A DNA stretch of 64,000 nt from Patescibacteria group bacterium (GTDB taxonomy: Bacteria; Patescibacteriota; Patescibacteriia; PEXW01). The DNA is taken from the NCBI GenBank assembly GCA_038065235.1, contig JBBTRK010000006.1, positions 3,255 to 67,254 of the forward strand, given 5' to 3'. Positions within the stretch are counted from its first letter, which is position 1. Every line of letters starts with the position of its first letter. Shown one piece after another: positions 37,789 through 46,101 of this stretch. The position numbers and the translations under genes are program-made. The notes under the pieces are model-generated. The model worked only from the letters and a program-made list of their open reading frames with translations, did not search any database and had not been told where the DNA came from.

Positions 37789-38087
37789 TATTCGGCTGGG
37801 GCGGTGGGAATCACGTAGGTCTGGGCTTTGAGCTTGAGCTTCTTGGCGAGCTCCTCGAAGCGGGTGTTGTCTTCACGCTGCAGGTACACCATGAGGCGGC
37901 GGCGCTGGCCGACCTTCTTCAGCAGTCCACGACGAGAGCTGAAATCCTTCTTGTGGGTTTTCAGGTGGTCTGTCAGGTGGGTGATTTCGTACGAGAGTAT
38001 GGCAATTTGGACCTCGGGCGAGCCCGTGTCCCCTTCGTGGGTCTTGTACTTCTTGATAATCCTATCCTTGGCAGTCTTGTCGAGCAT
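37788..38087 (-). CDS. rpsO: 30S ribosomal protein S15
   Basis: [69 protein letters not shown]. Confidence 0.85.
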   Translation of the reverse strand: MLDKTAKDRIIKKYKTHEGDTGSPEVQIAILSYEITHLTDHLKTHKKDFSSRRGLLKKVGQRRRLMVYLQREDNTRFEELAKKLKLKAQTYVIPTAPAE

Positions 38088-38213
38088 AGCGTGATCCTTT
38101 CGCGGTGACCTAGCCACCCCGAGCAATGTCGAGGGGGAGCCGATGTCACCGTACCAGTGAATATTGAGACGCAGAGACTATAGCGGGATTGGCTAATGCT
38201 GTCAACCTTCATT

Positions 38214-38325
38214 GTCATTGCGAGCGACCGAAGGAAACGTGGCAATCCCGCTTACATTGGTACAAGTCACGAGTTCAGCGGGATTGCTTCGTCAGTGCCC
38301 ATGGGCACTTCCTCGCAATTGACAG
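38214..38325. repeat. Structured palindromic intergenic repeat, subfamily 2 copy F (plus a partial fragment at about 38183-38207)
   Basis: GTCATTGCGAGCGACCGAAGGAAACGTGGCAATCCCGC...GCGGGATTGCTTCGTCAGTGCCCATGGGCACTTCCTCGCAATTGACAG. Confidence 0.7.
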
Positions 38326-38378
38326 AGAAAGAAAAACCCCAGGCATTAAAATGTCTGGGGTCAAGAACGTGAGCAATT

Positions 38379-39023
38379 TCACGCATGTGGCTGGAAGAGC
38401 TGCCAGGCGCGGTGTGCGCGAGCAGCACATGTCCATAGCGTGGAAGCGACGATGGTCAGCAGACCGAACGCGATTATGAACGTGTCGGCGTTTGGGAAGA
38501 TCCCAGCGATGATGACGGTACCCATGATTTGAACGTGGAGCGTGGCACGAGTGAGCGGCCGCTTCTCCACGAGCTTGCGGTCCATACTCTCGATCTTCGC
38601 GCGCATCCAGCTGCTAATGATGTTGGCAAAGCCCGCAGCGCAGATGGCGAGCGTAATCCAGTTCGCAACCCGAGGCATGCAGTAGGCTGCAGCGCCCAGG
38701 AAGAGCGCGCTGTCTGCGAACCGATCAACGGCGGGGTCTAGGAACGTGCCGAACTGCTGTCGGTGCAGCTGTCGATCGGGCATGCGACGGGAGAGCTCGC
38801 CATCCATAACATCGCCGAAGCCGTTGAGGAGCAGCAGGATGAGGGTCGCCCACCATGCTCCCATCCCGAAGGCAAAGCCGGCACCGAACGCCAGCAGTAA
38901 GCCGATGAGGGTCACAGTGTTCGGCTCTACGCGGGCATTGAATAGCAACGTCACGACCGGCCTAAACACGCGCGCCGCTAGCATATGTGCTTTCGTGGTG
39001 GTGAGTGTGGGTGGCACGGCCAC
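38379..39023 (-). CDS. CDP-alcohol phosphatidyltransferase family protein
   Basis: DG(x)2AR(x)8G(x)3D(x)3D signature: GDVMDGELSRRMPDRQLHRQQFGTFLDPAVDRFAD; multi-TM. Confidence 0.7.
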   Translation of the reverse strand: MAVPPTLTTTKAHMLAARVFRPVVTLLFNARVEPNTVTLIGLLLAFGAGFAFGMGAWWATLILLLLNGFGDVMDGELSRRMPDRQLHRQQFGTFLDPAVDRFADSALFLGAAAYCMPRVANWITLAICAAGFANIISSWMRAKIESMDRKLVEKRPLTRATLHVQIMGTVIIAGIFPNADTFIIAFGLLTIVASTLWTCAARAHRAWQLFQPHA

Positions 39024-39167
39024 CTCCTTTCTATGTCAGAGAACGTATTTTGCCCCACCTTACGCCTGGGGGCTTAGAAATGCAAATGAAAATCCCCCAA
39101 CCATTTGGCGTAACAGTTGAGGGATGTGCTGCAGCTGCTGTAGTTCAGCGGCGAGATTTGGAAAGGA

Positions 39168-39860
39168 TTAGCCTTTGATGCGGTCAGGGTAGTCGGTGAA
39201 GATCCCATCGACGCCTTTGGCCTTCAGGCGGTTCGCTTCGTCCTGGTCGTTAACCGTGTACACTGCCACGTTGAGGCCAAGATCGTGCGCACTGTCGACT
39301 AGTTCTTGGGTGACGAAATCCCGGTCAAGGTTGATGGAGTAGGCTCCCATGTCCTTGGCGTACTGTGCGAGGTTCACCGGCACGCCACAGAACAGCACAC
39401 CGATACGGATGTCCGGCATGAGCTTATGAAACTTTGCCAGTTCCACGTGGTTAAAGGAGGAGACGAGGAAATCTTCGGAGTCCCAACCCACATCACTCTT
39501 GTGGCGAATATACGCGCGGATTACCTTGGCGACTTCTTCAGCCGTGCCCACACCCTTCAGTTCAATATTGACGTACGTGTCGGAGCCAACAGTATCCAAC
39601 ACTTCTTGGAGCGTCGGGATTTGGGCGCCACCACCAGCATCCAACTTGCGGAGTTCCTCGAAAGTCATTTCCATGACCCAGCCCTTGCCGTTTGTGGTAC
39701 GGTCCACAGTATTGTCATGGATGACGACGAGTTGTCCATCGACGCAGTACACATCCAGTTCGATTGCTTTCGTGGACTTTATCCCTTCCAAGAATGACGG
39801 GATGGTGTTCTCGGGTTTGAGTCCGCGAGCGCCTCGATGGCCAAAAATTTTCATTGCCAT
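39168..39860 (-). CDS. Glycerophosphodiester phosphodiesterase (GDPD family)
   Basis: IFGHRGARGLKPENT and ELDVYCVDGQLVVIHDNTVDRTTNG catalytic motifs. Confidence 0.8.
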   Translation of the reverse strand: MAMKIFGHRGARGLKPENTIPSFLEGIKSTKAIELDVYCVDGQLVVIHDNTVDRTTNGKGWVMEMTFEELRKLDAGGGAQIPTLQEVLDTVGSDTYVNIELKGVGTAEEVAKVIRAYIRHKSDVGWDSEDFLVSSFNHVELAKFHKLMPDIRIGVLFCGVPVNLAQYAKDMGAYSINLDRDFVTQELVDSAHDLGLNVAVYTVNDQDEANRLKAKGVDGIFTDYPDRIKG

Positions 39861-40080
39861 AGTGAATCCTTTCTCGTATGAGCGGTTTTAGTGTATTTGT
39901 TTTTGACTTCGTAGACTAGCGGAAAATATTGGTAATGTCAATGCTTGTCTTCCTGTCTGTCTTCCTGTCGTCCCTGGCAGTTCACTCGGGACCTTGCCGC
40001 AAGATGCCGGATCGGTGTCCGGCATGACAAAGGAAAGGTAATTCGCTTTTTTCCTAGTAGTGTCGTACAATATCCGCGCT

Positions 40081-41028
40081 ATGGCTGTACCTACTTTATC
40101 CAAGCTCCTCACCGAATTTCTGGAGTACTTGGAAATCGAGAAGAACGTCTCCCCGCTCACGGTGAAGAATTACGACTTCTACCTGCGCCGTTTCTTAACG
40201 TGGGGCAAGCTGCAGGACCCCAAGGACATTACCTCGGAGAAAGTTCGGCAGTACCGGCTCTACCTCAACCGTCTGGTCAATCCGCAGAAGGAGCTGCTCA
40301 AAGCGAGCACGCGCAACTACCACCTCATCGCCTTGCGCGCCTTCCTCAAGTATATGGCCAAGCGCGATGTAGTCTCGCTCTCGTCAGAGAAAGTTGAACT
40401 CGCCAAGCAGCAGGATCGGCAGGTGAGCTTCATGGAAGGTTCTGACCTCGAAAGATTCTTAGAGGCGCCGTTGAAAATTGAACAACAAAATATTGTGCAG
40501 ATTCGGGATAAGGCAATTCTGGAGCTCCTTTTCTCCACGGGTCTGCGCGTTTCAGAGTTGGCAGGACTAAAGAAGGATCAGATTAATATGGAGAAAGATG
40601 AATTCACCGTCCGCGGCAAGGGCGGCAAGCTGCGCGTCGTGTTCCTCAGCCATAACGCGCGGCACTGGGTTGCTGAGTACCTGAAGCAGCGCAGCGATGA
40701 CGAGGAGTGGATGTTCTTGCGTCACGACCGCGCCATGAAGCGCTCGGCCGAGAACTTCAAACCCATTACCCCGCGCTCTATCCAGCGCATCGTGCAGTTC
40801 TACGCCAAAGCCGCTGGCATCACCAAGCGCATCACGCCGCACACCTTGCGTCACAGCTATGCCACGGACTTGCTGATGAACGGCGCAGACATCCGCAGTG
40901 TGCAATCCATGCTCGGCCATGCGTCAATTACGACGACGCAAATTTACACGCACGTCACCAACCAGCAGCTGCGGGAAGTGTACAAGGCCTTTCACAATAG
41001 AAGAGGTAAAAAACAAAAGGACGATTGA
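40081..41028 (+). CDS. Tyrosine site-specific recombinase, XerC/XerD-like
   Basis: N-terminal SAM-like domain (MAVPTLSKLLTEFLEYLEIEKNVS), catalytic R...K...HxxR...Y: LSTGLRVSE, TPHTLRHSYATDLL, GHASITTTQIYTHV; tRNA-Arg 35 nt downstream. Track start 40060 (GTG) is an alternative. Confidence 0.8.
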   Translation: MAVPTLSKLLTEFLEYLEIEKNVSPLTVKNYDFYLRRFLTWGKLQDPKDITSEKVRQYRLYLNRLVNPQKELLKASTRNYHLIALRAFLKYMAKRDVVSLSSEKVELAKQQDRQVSFMEGSDLERFLEAPLKIEQQNIVQIRDKAILELLFSTGLRVSELAGLKKDQINMEKDEFTVRGKGGKLRVVFLSHNARHWVAEYLKQRSDDEEWMFLRHDRAMKRSAENFKPITPRSIQRIVQFYAKAAGITKRITPHTLRHSYATDLLMNGADIRSVQSMLGHASITTTQIYTHVTNQQLREVYKAFHNRRGKKQKDD

Positions 41029-41062
41029 CGGTTCAACCTTTTCGTCGTAGCGTTTACAACTT

Positions 41063-41137
41063 GCCCTGGTAGTTCAACGGATAGAACAGTGGACTTCTAA
41101 GCCACGAATGGGGGTTCAATTCCCTCCCAGGGCACCA
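41063..41137 (+). tRNA. tRNA-Arg (anticodon TCT), CCA encoded
   Basis: GCCCTGG/CCAGGGC acceptor, anticodon loop CTTCTAA, T-arm GGGGGTTCAATTCCCTC. Confidence 0.8.
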
Positions 41138-41196
41138 ACAATATTAAGATTATGTCCGACACCGAAATTCTCAACGTCTTGGATGAGTAAGGGAAC

Positions 41197-41676
41197 GTGG
41201 TGCGCACGGTAACGCGTGAAGAGGCCGAACGCGACAACCACACCACGCCCAATGCGCTCATGTTCATTTTCACCCCGAAGGGTGCAGTGTGGGTGCAGAA
41301 GCGCGCGAAGACGAAGAAGCACTTCCCCGGGCTTTGGGATATTTCGGCGTGTGGCGGAATCGTGCACGGTGAGAAGCCGGAAGTGAGCGCACAGCGGGAG
41401 ATGGAAGAGGAGATGGGTTTTACCTGTCCATTGCACTTTGTAGAATTTTTCTTCAACGAGTTCCCTGGTGAGCATGGTTCAATGCACCGACGGATTTCAC
41501 ACTTGTACATTGGCATGAGTGACAAGATTCCTCAGGTGAATGAAGAAGTGGACGAATTCGTGTCTGTGCCTGCTGCAGAACTTGCGCAGAAAATCCAGCA
41601 GCACCCCGAGGAGTACGTACCATCGTTTTTAATGGAATTGGAAAAGGCGCGGGCAGCTTACGCAAAGCTATTCTAA
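41197..41676 (+). CDS. NUDIX hydrolase; the conserved N-terminus (ATG 41152, MSDTEILNVLDE) is separated from the body by an in-frame TAA at about 41188-41190
   Basis: Nudix box GGIVHGEKPEVSAQREMEEEMGF; upstream in-frame peptide MSDTEILNVLDE-stop-GNVVRTVTREEAER matches the usual Nudix N-terminus. Confidence 0.6.
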   Translation: MVRTVTREEAERDNHTTPNALMFIFTPKGAVWVQKRAKTKKHFPGLWDISACGGIVHGEKPEVSAQREMEEEMGFTCPLHFVEFFFNEFPGEHGSMHRRISHLYIGMSDKIPQVNEEVDEFVSVPAAELAQKIQQHPEEYVPSFLMELEKARAAYAKLF

Positions 41677-41693
41677 ATAGTAGGGCGTCAATC

Positions 41694-42269
41694 TTAAAGA
41701 CGTGATTTGTGTTGTGAGTGTGGTACCGTAAGCCACTGGTGGATGTGCGACCAGATGAAACGCACCATGGCCCATATCCACAGACTCGCAACGACGTAAC
41801 CGAAGAGCACGTCGGAGAGCCAGTGCACGCCAAGGACGAGGCGCGAGTAGCCGACGAGAATAATTAAAACAGTGCCGACCAATCCTGGCCACCAGCGTTT
41901 GGGTTTGCGGAAGAGGATAATCAATGACGCCGTGAAGAGCACAATGCCCAGGGCGTGACCACTGGGGAAACTATAGCCGCTCTCGTGAACGAGAACATGT
42001 ACGAGCGCGGCATCTGGGCGCGGCCGGGCAAAAACACCCTTAAGAAATGGCGTGAGGATGTTTCCAGCCGAAATAACGATGAGTTTAGCAGCAAGGTCAC
42101 GGCGTTTGCGGTGGTAGAGCACGACGGTCACGAGCAAGCACATCCCGGCAAGGAACGTGGGCTCGAAGACAAGACTCACGAGGTGCATGAACTGGTTGAG
42201 CCAGTCTGCGCTGGCTTGTTGGATGGCGTGGCTTACTGCAAGATCAAACATGAACGGCATGGAGAACAT
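41694..42269 (-). CDS. PAP2-family membrane phosphatase (phosphatidic acid / undecaprenyl-PP phosphatase-like)
   Basis: KxxxxxxRP (KGVFARPRP), PSGH (SFPSGHA), SRxxxxxHxxxD-like third motif; 5-6 TM. Confidence 0.7.
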   Translation of the reverse strand: MFSMPFMFDLAVSHAIQQASADWLNQFMHLVSLVFEPTFLAGMCLLVTVVLYHRKRRDLAAKLIVISAGNILTPFLKGVFARPRPDAALVHVLVHESGYSFPSGHALGIVLFTASLIILFRKPKRWWPGLVGTVLIILVGYSRLVLGVHWLSDVLFGYVVASLWIWAMVRFIWSHIHQWLTVPHSQHKSRL

Positions 42270-42335
42270 GCAAGTAATGTTAGCACGTTTTAGTAATGCA
42301 ATTTTTAGTCAGCTTGCCATCGTGCAAATCTGAAA

Positions 42336-42434
42336 TGGTGGACCTGCCCGGCAGGGCCGGGTCCGGCTTTGCCGGAAGGGGAATCGGCCTTCGGCCCGGG
42401 GCGCTGCGATTGCTCGCGCCCGTTCGATTCCCCA
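42336..42434. other. GC-rich highly structured element bounded by an 11-bp direct repeat of the tRNA-Ala 3' end (TGGTGGACCTG at 42336 and 42478); not a canonical tRNA
   Basis: Hairpins CCTGCC-CG-GCAGG, CCGGC-TTT-GCCGG, GGCC-TTCG-GCC (UUCG tetraloop), GGGCGC...GCGCCC, long closing stem GGGGAATCG...CGATTCCCC. Confidence 0.25.
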
Positions 42435-42477
42435 ATACAAAAACGATCAGCCACCACTGCGTGATGTCTGCTCGTTT

Positions 42478-42551
42478 TGGTGGACCTGAGGGGAATCGAA
42501 CCCCTATACCCCGGATGCAAACCGGGTGCTCTACCACTAAGCTACAGGCCC
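42478..42551 (-). tRNA. tRNA-Ala (anticodon TGC), CCA encoded
   Basis: GGGCCTGTAGCTTAGTGGTAGAGCACCCGGTTTGCATCCGGGGTATAGGGGTTCGATTCCCCTCAGGTCCACCA. Confidence 0.85.
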
Positions 42552-42559
42552 AAAAAAAT

Positions 42560-42835
42560 TTACAGTGATTCGCTCTCTTCTTCCTGCGGCGTGAGCGTGG
42601 GCTCGTTCGGATTGAATACCTTTTTCAGTCCGCTGCCAAGCCCGCCGCTCATGAGGAGGAAAGAGAGCAAGATGATGAACACGCCAATGAGTTTGTAGAA
42701 GAGGCGGGTGCCACCGTCGGAGCCGAGGTGCGCTTCAGCCCACTCAATGCGACCCATGTTATCCATTAGCCAGTTGGACTTCCAAATGATGACGAAGCCA
42801 ACTGCGATGAGGATGATGCCGACGAGGTACTTCAT
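42560..42835 (-). CDS. Small membrane protein (2 TM), hypothetical
   Basis: 91-aa ORF MKYLVGIILIAVGFVIIW...LIGVFIILLSFLLMSGG. Confidence 0.4.
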   Translation of the reverse strand: MKYLVGIILIAVGFVIIWKSNWLMDNMGRIEWAEAHLGSDGGTRLFYKLIGVFIILLSFLLMSGGLGSGLKKVFNPNEPTLTPQEEESESL

Positions 42836-42994
42836 AGAGAGATTCTAGCATGGGGTCAAGCGAGACTGCCCTGAACCACTCGTCCTTCGGACTCGGGAAC
42901 AGGGCATGAACCACTTCCTATATAGATTACTGATATTCAGGAACTAGCGAGTGATTGTTGGCTCGCCATGAACCCGAACGTAGTGAGTGGTTCA

Positions 42995-43154
42995 TGGTGG
43001 GCAACGTAGGAGTCGAACCTACGACCTTCTCGGTGTAAACCCGCTTCGACTCGCGGAGCTCGCCGACGCGAGGCGAGCGAGACGCTCTGGCCTGGGTGCT
43101 CCCGATGGGTCGCACCCGTCCCGCAGTAGCGGGACCCAGCTGAGCTTCTCATAA
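42995..43154 (-). pseudogene. Disrupted tandem tRNA-Val(TAC)-like copy: intact T-arm/3' end and anticodon arm, but 38-nt and 49-nt insertions (anticodon-stem/loop junction and D-loop) and a non-pairing 5' acceptor strand
   Basis: Aligns to tRNA-Val 16 nt upstream (shares CTACGACCTTCTCGGTGTAAAC, GAGACGCTCT, AGCTGAGC); D-loop insert contains GTCCCGCAGTAGCGGGAC, identical to the hairpin in repeat A. Confidence 0.45.
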
Positions 43155-43161
43155 GACTGCC

Positions 43162-43238
43162 TGGTGGGCGGTGTAGGATTCGAACCTACGACCTTCTCGG
43201 TGTAAACGAGACGCTCTAACCAGCTGAGCTAACCGCCC
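43162..43238 (-). tRNA. tRNA-Val (anticodon TAC), CCA encoded
   Basis: GGGCGGTTAGCTCAGCTGGTTAGAGCGTCTCGTTTACACCGAGAAGGTCGTAGGTTCGAATCCTACACCGCCCACCA. Confidence 0.85.
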
Positions 43239-43330
43239 GTAAGTCTTCTTTTCATAGCATGACTATCGGATAGCGCAAAGTGCGCACATCATTAGTCAAA
43301 CCGCTCGAACGGGCATCTTTCGCATACCCC

Positions 43331-43385
43331 TTGACACCCCTGCTACTGCGTGATACTATGTACTGGTAGTACGTAGTACTACATA
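43331..43385 (+). promoter_or_regulatory. padR promoter (TTGACA-17-TACTAT) followed by palindromic operator-like sites GTACTGGTAGTAC / GTAGTACTAC overlapping the transcription start region
   Basis: Exact -35, 17-nt spacer; two adjacent perfect palindromes immediately downstream, typical of PadR autoregulation. Confidence 0.45.
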
Positions 43386-43403
43386 CCATTCACCCCAACA
43401 CCC

Positions 43404-43721
43404 ATGGAAAATATTACGGAAATGCTCAAAGGCGTGCTCGAAGGCTGCGTACTAGAGACCATTAGCCGCAGCAAAACCTACGGCTACGCCATTGCCTCGG
43501 CCTTGCGCCAGCTCGGCTTCACCGACGTGGTGGAAGGCACGGTCTACACCATCCTGCTGCGGCTCGAAAGCCGCAAGCTGGTGGACATCGAGAAGCAGCC
43601 CTCGGACCTGGGGCCGCCGCGCAAGTTCTACACGCTCAACCCTGCCGGGCGCAAAGAGCTGGCAGGCTTCTGGGCCAAATGGAAGTTCGTCTCCGCTCGC
43701 ATTAACACCTTGAAAGGCTAA
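43404..43721 (+). CDS. PadR-family transcriptional regulator
   Basis: LEGCVLETISRSKTYGYAIASAL...VVEGTVYTILLRLESRKLV winged-HTH PadR signature. Confidence 0.8.
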   Translation: MENITEMLKGVLEGCVLETISRSKTYGYAIASALRQLGFTDVVEGTVYTILLRLESRKLVDIEKQPSDLGPPRKFYTLNPAGRKELAGFWAKWKFVSARINTLKG

Positions 43722-43725
43722 CGCT

Positions 43726-44064
43726 ATGTACAACTTTCTCAAAAAAATTATCGGGGATAAGCGAGAGTGGCGCAGGATGGAAGCGCGCGCCAAAGCCCTG
43801 CCCTCGGACTACCAAGTGGTGTACGGGGAAATCAAAGGCTACCTGTTCAAGTTTTCGGCGGGCAGCGGGCTGGATACTATGGACGTCTTGCGGGATCTGC
43901 TGGGCTTGTTCGAAGAAGGTGCGGCAAACCACAAAGGCGTGCTGGAAATTACCGGGCAGGATGTGGCAGCGTTCTGCGACGAGCTACTCAAGAACACCAA
44001 GACCTACACAGCCAACTGGGGCGCAGCGCTGAACCGGGATATTGCGAAGAAGCTTGGGAAATAG
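43726..44064 (+). CDS. DUF1048-family protein (PadR-associated)
   Basis: 112 aa immediately downstream of padR; pattern ...KREWRRMEARAKALPSDYQVVY..I..YLF.. typical of DUF1048 partners of PadR. Confidence 0.55.
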   Translation: MYNFLKKIIGDKREWRRMEARAKALPSDYQVVYGEIKGYLFKFSAGSGLDTMDVLRDLLGLFEEGAANHKGVLEITGQDVAAFCDELLKNTKTYTANWGAALNRDIAKKLGK

Positions 44065-44159
44065 GAAACGAATGTATAGACAGCCGTAATTGCTGGGTGT
44101 AGATTGTAGGCGCTATTTAATGAGACCCCACGTGATCTGAAGAAAGAAGGGGCTAATTA

Positions 44160-44894
44160 ATGTCTCTATTATTAAAAGCTAACATGGAGCTAGACCCACG
44201 AATTACTTTATTGTCGACAACAGGAAGTACCGAGCCATTTGTAGCCAGAATTGAGTTAGGGTTACCAGAAATTGTTAACGCGACCAAGTTTGATAACAAA
44301 GAAAAAATTAATGAGGCAATTCTTGTCATGGGTATTGAGTGCCTTCACCCTGCATTTGTCAGTCTTCAAGAAATTCGAAAACTAAAGCCCGACAACCGGC
44401 AAGTTCCACTTGTGAATATCCAGAAGCTCTATAAAGATCTTTATGGATATTTGTGGTCAGCATACAAGGATAGAATGCAACTTATCGTTAAACTGTTAGG
44501 GTTTAACATTGGATTTCTATTTCAAAATGATTTGGACTTTGAGAAAGGTGTGACCTCTTTCCAGCATCAGCACATAGACCCACAATTCTTTGAGATGCTC
44601 CGAAATGAACGAAAGACGTGGCAACAGGCGCTTGCAAAGTTTAGAAATGATTATTTAGATCACAATAAATTAACAGAGCCGGAAGTACGGCACTACTTCA
44701 AACCGCAAGTTGCGGAAACGATGTTTCAGAATTGCTGGGAGGCAATTGAGGATATTCTTATCACACTCATTAGAACTGGTTTACAGTTGGAAGCGGGTAT
44801 CGATATCGCTCAGATTCCAGAAGTTGAGCGTGATCCTAGCTTCCCAAAGCGTTTTCGTTTTATAATAAAACATTCTGCTCAGCCTGCTAAGTAG
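44160..44894 (+). CDS. Hypothetical protein (AT-rich gene, no recognised domain)
   Basis: 244-aa ORF in low-GC block. Confidence 0.4.
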   Translation: MSLLLKANMELDPRITLLSTTGSTEPFVARIELGLPEIVNATKFDNKEKINEAILVMGIECLHPAFVSLQEIRKLKPDNRQVPLVNIQKLYKDLYGYLWSAYKDRMQLIVKLLGFNIGFLFQNDLDFEKGVTSFQHQHIDPQFFEMLRNERKTWQQALAKFRNDYLDHNKLTEPEVRHYFKPQVAETMFQNCWEAIEDILITLIRTGLQLEAGIDIAQIPEVERDPSFPKRFRFIIKHSAQPAK

Positions 44895-44985
44895 CAAATT
44901 ATTTTACCCGCCACCTTCACCGCGGCGGCTTTATTAAATATGTCTTACATTGCACTGACGAGCCTGTGCTTGCTACTATCCTGCT

Positions 44986-45594
44986 ATGACCAACGATAAA
45001 ATTAAAGCCGTCCTATTTGATGCGGATGGGGTAACAATTACTCCAAAAGAGCCTTTTTCTGTTCAATACGCAAAATTACACGGACTAGATCCCAAGATAC
45101 TTAGTTCTTTTTTTGATGCGCATTTTGGTGAAGCTTTGATTGGAAAACGCGATCTAAAAGAATTACTTGAAACAAAGCGCGATCTTTGGGAGTGGAAGGG
45201 CCCCATTGAAAATTTGTTGACAAATTGGTTTGAGGCAGAAAACCATAAAAATCAGGAGTTACTCATCCTCATCCACCAAGTACGAGCCACTGGCCTATCC
45301 TGTTACTTGGCAATGAACCAAGAAAAATACCGAAGCAAGTACATAAAAGAAATAATGTTTCCAGAAGTTTTTGACTTCATTTATTCTTCAGCCGAAATTG
45401 GTATGAAGAAGCCAGATCCAAAATACTACCAATACATCATCAATGAATTACAGAATGCACACGTCATTCATGAGCCAGGTGAGATAGTATATTTTGATGA
45501 TTCGGTTTCAAACGTACAGGCAGCAAAAGATTTAGGATTACAGGCGCATCTATACACTGGCGTCGAACAGGTGAAGAAAGTGATGCTATCCTAA
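44986..45594 (+). CDS. HAD-superfamily hydrolase
   Basis: Motif I LFDADGV, motif III K (GMKKPDP), motif IV FDDS. Confidence 0.7.
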   Translation: MTNDKIKAVLFDADGVTITPKEPFSVQYAKLHGLDPKILSSFFDAHFGEALIGKRDLKELLETKRDLWEWKGPIENLLTNWFEAENHKNQELLILIHQVRATGLSCYLAMNQEKYRSKYIKEIMFPEVFDFIYSSAEIGMKKPDPKYYQYIINELQNAHVIHEPGEIVYFDDSVSNVQAAKDLGLQAHLYTGVEQVKKVMLS

Positions 45595-45601
45595 ACCTAC
45601 T

Positions 45602-46000
45602 ATGACCAACGAAATTACCACCTACAACCGCAGCCAAGCAAAAGATGCCAAGCGCATATGCGATGCCCTGCGGCGGGTTATTGATGCAGCCTTGCCCAAG
45701 GCCGAGAGTAAGGTGTGGCATGCCGGACCAGTGTGGTTTTTGGCGGGCAACCCGATTGTTGGCTACTCCTTGCGCAAGCAGGGCGTGCAGTTGCTGTTCT
45801 GGAGCGGCACGTCGTTTGCCGAACCGGGCCTGCTGCCCATTGGCAACGTCCAGAAGTTCAAGGCCGCGGGCATTACCTACACCAGCGTCAAAGACCTAAA
45901 GTTGGCCGACCTCAAACGCTGGCTACGAAAAGCCAAAACCATCCAGTGGGATTACAAGAACATTGTAAAGCGCAGGGGGAAACTAGTGCGGTTGAAGTAG
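45602..46000 (+). CDS. DUF1801 (YdhG-like) domain protein
   Basis: 132 aa; typical DUF1801 layout. Confidence 0.5.
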   Translation: MTNEITTYNRSQAKDAKRICDALRRVIDAALPKAESKVWHAGPVWFLAGNPIVGYSLRKQGVQLLFWSGTSFAEPGLLPIGNVQKFKAAGITYTSVKDLKLADLKRWLRKAKTIQWDYKNIVKRRGKLVRLK

Positions 46001-46101
46001 TTCATCACCAATCCAAATTTGCGTAAGTATGTATCTCGGCATTACGCTCCTCATAGCTGACTCACGTGCCTATATTCAGTCGAAAGTGATAGTATACAGA
46101 T

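Noticed and set aside
39940-39975. Short tandem repeat GTCTTCCTGTC x2 upstream of the xer gene as a regulatory iteron or CRISPR remnant
   Set aside because: Only two to three imperfect units are present, with no flanking structure. It is noted but too short to interpret.
42336-42434. The GC-rich structured element upstream of tRNA-Ala as an additional tRNA or SRP RNA
   Set aside because: It ends in ...CAGGTCCACCA like tRNA-Ala but has no TTCGA T-loop (the stem CCCGG/CCGGG encloses only a 5-nt loop), and no D-arm/anticodon architecture. The CCGGAAGG segment only loosely resembles SRP domain IV. Kept as a structured element of unknown nature.
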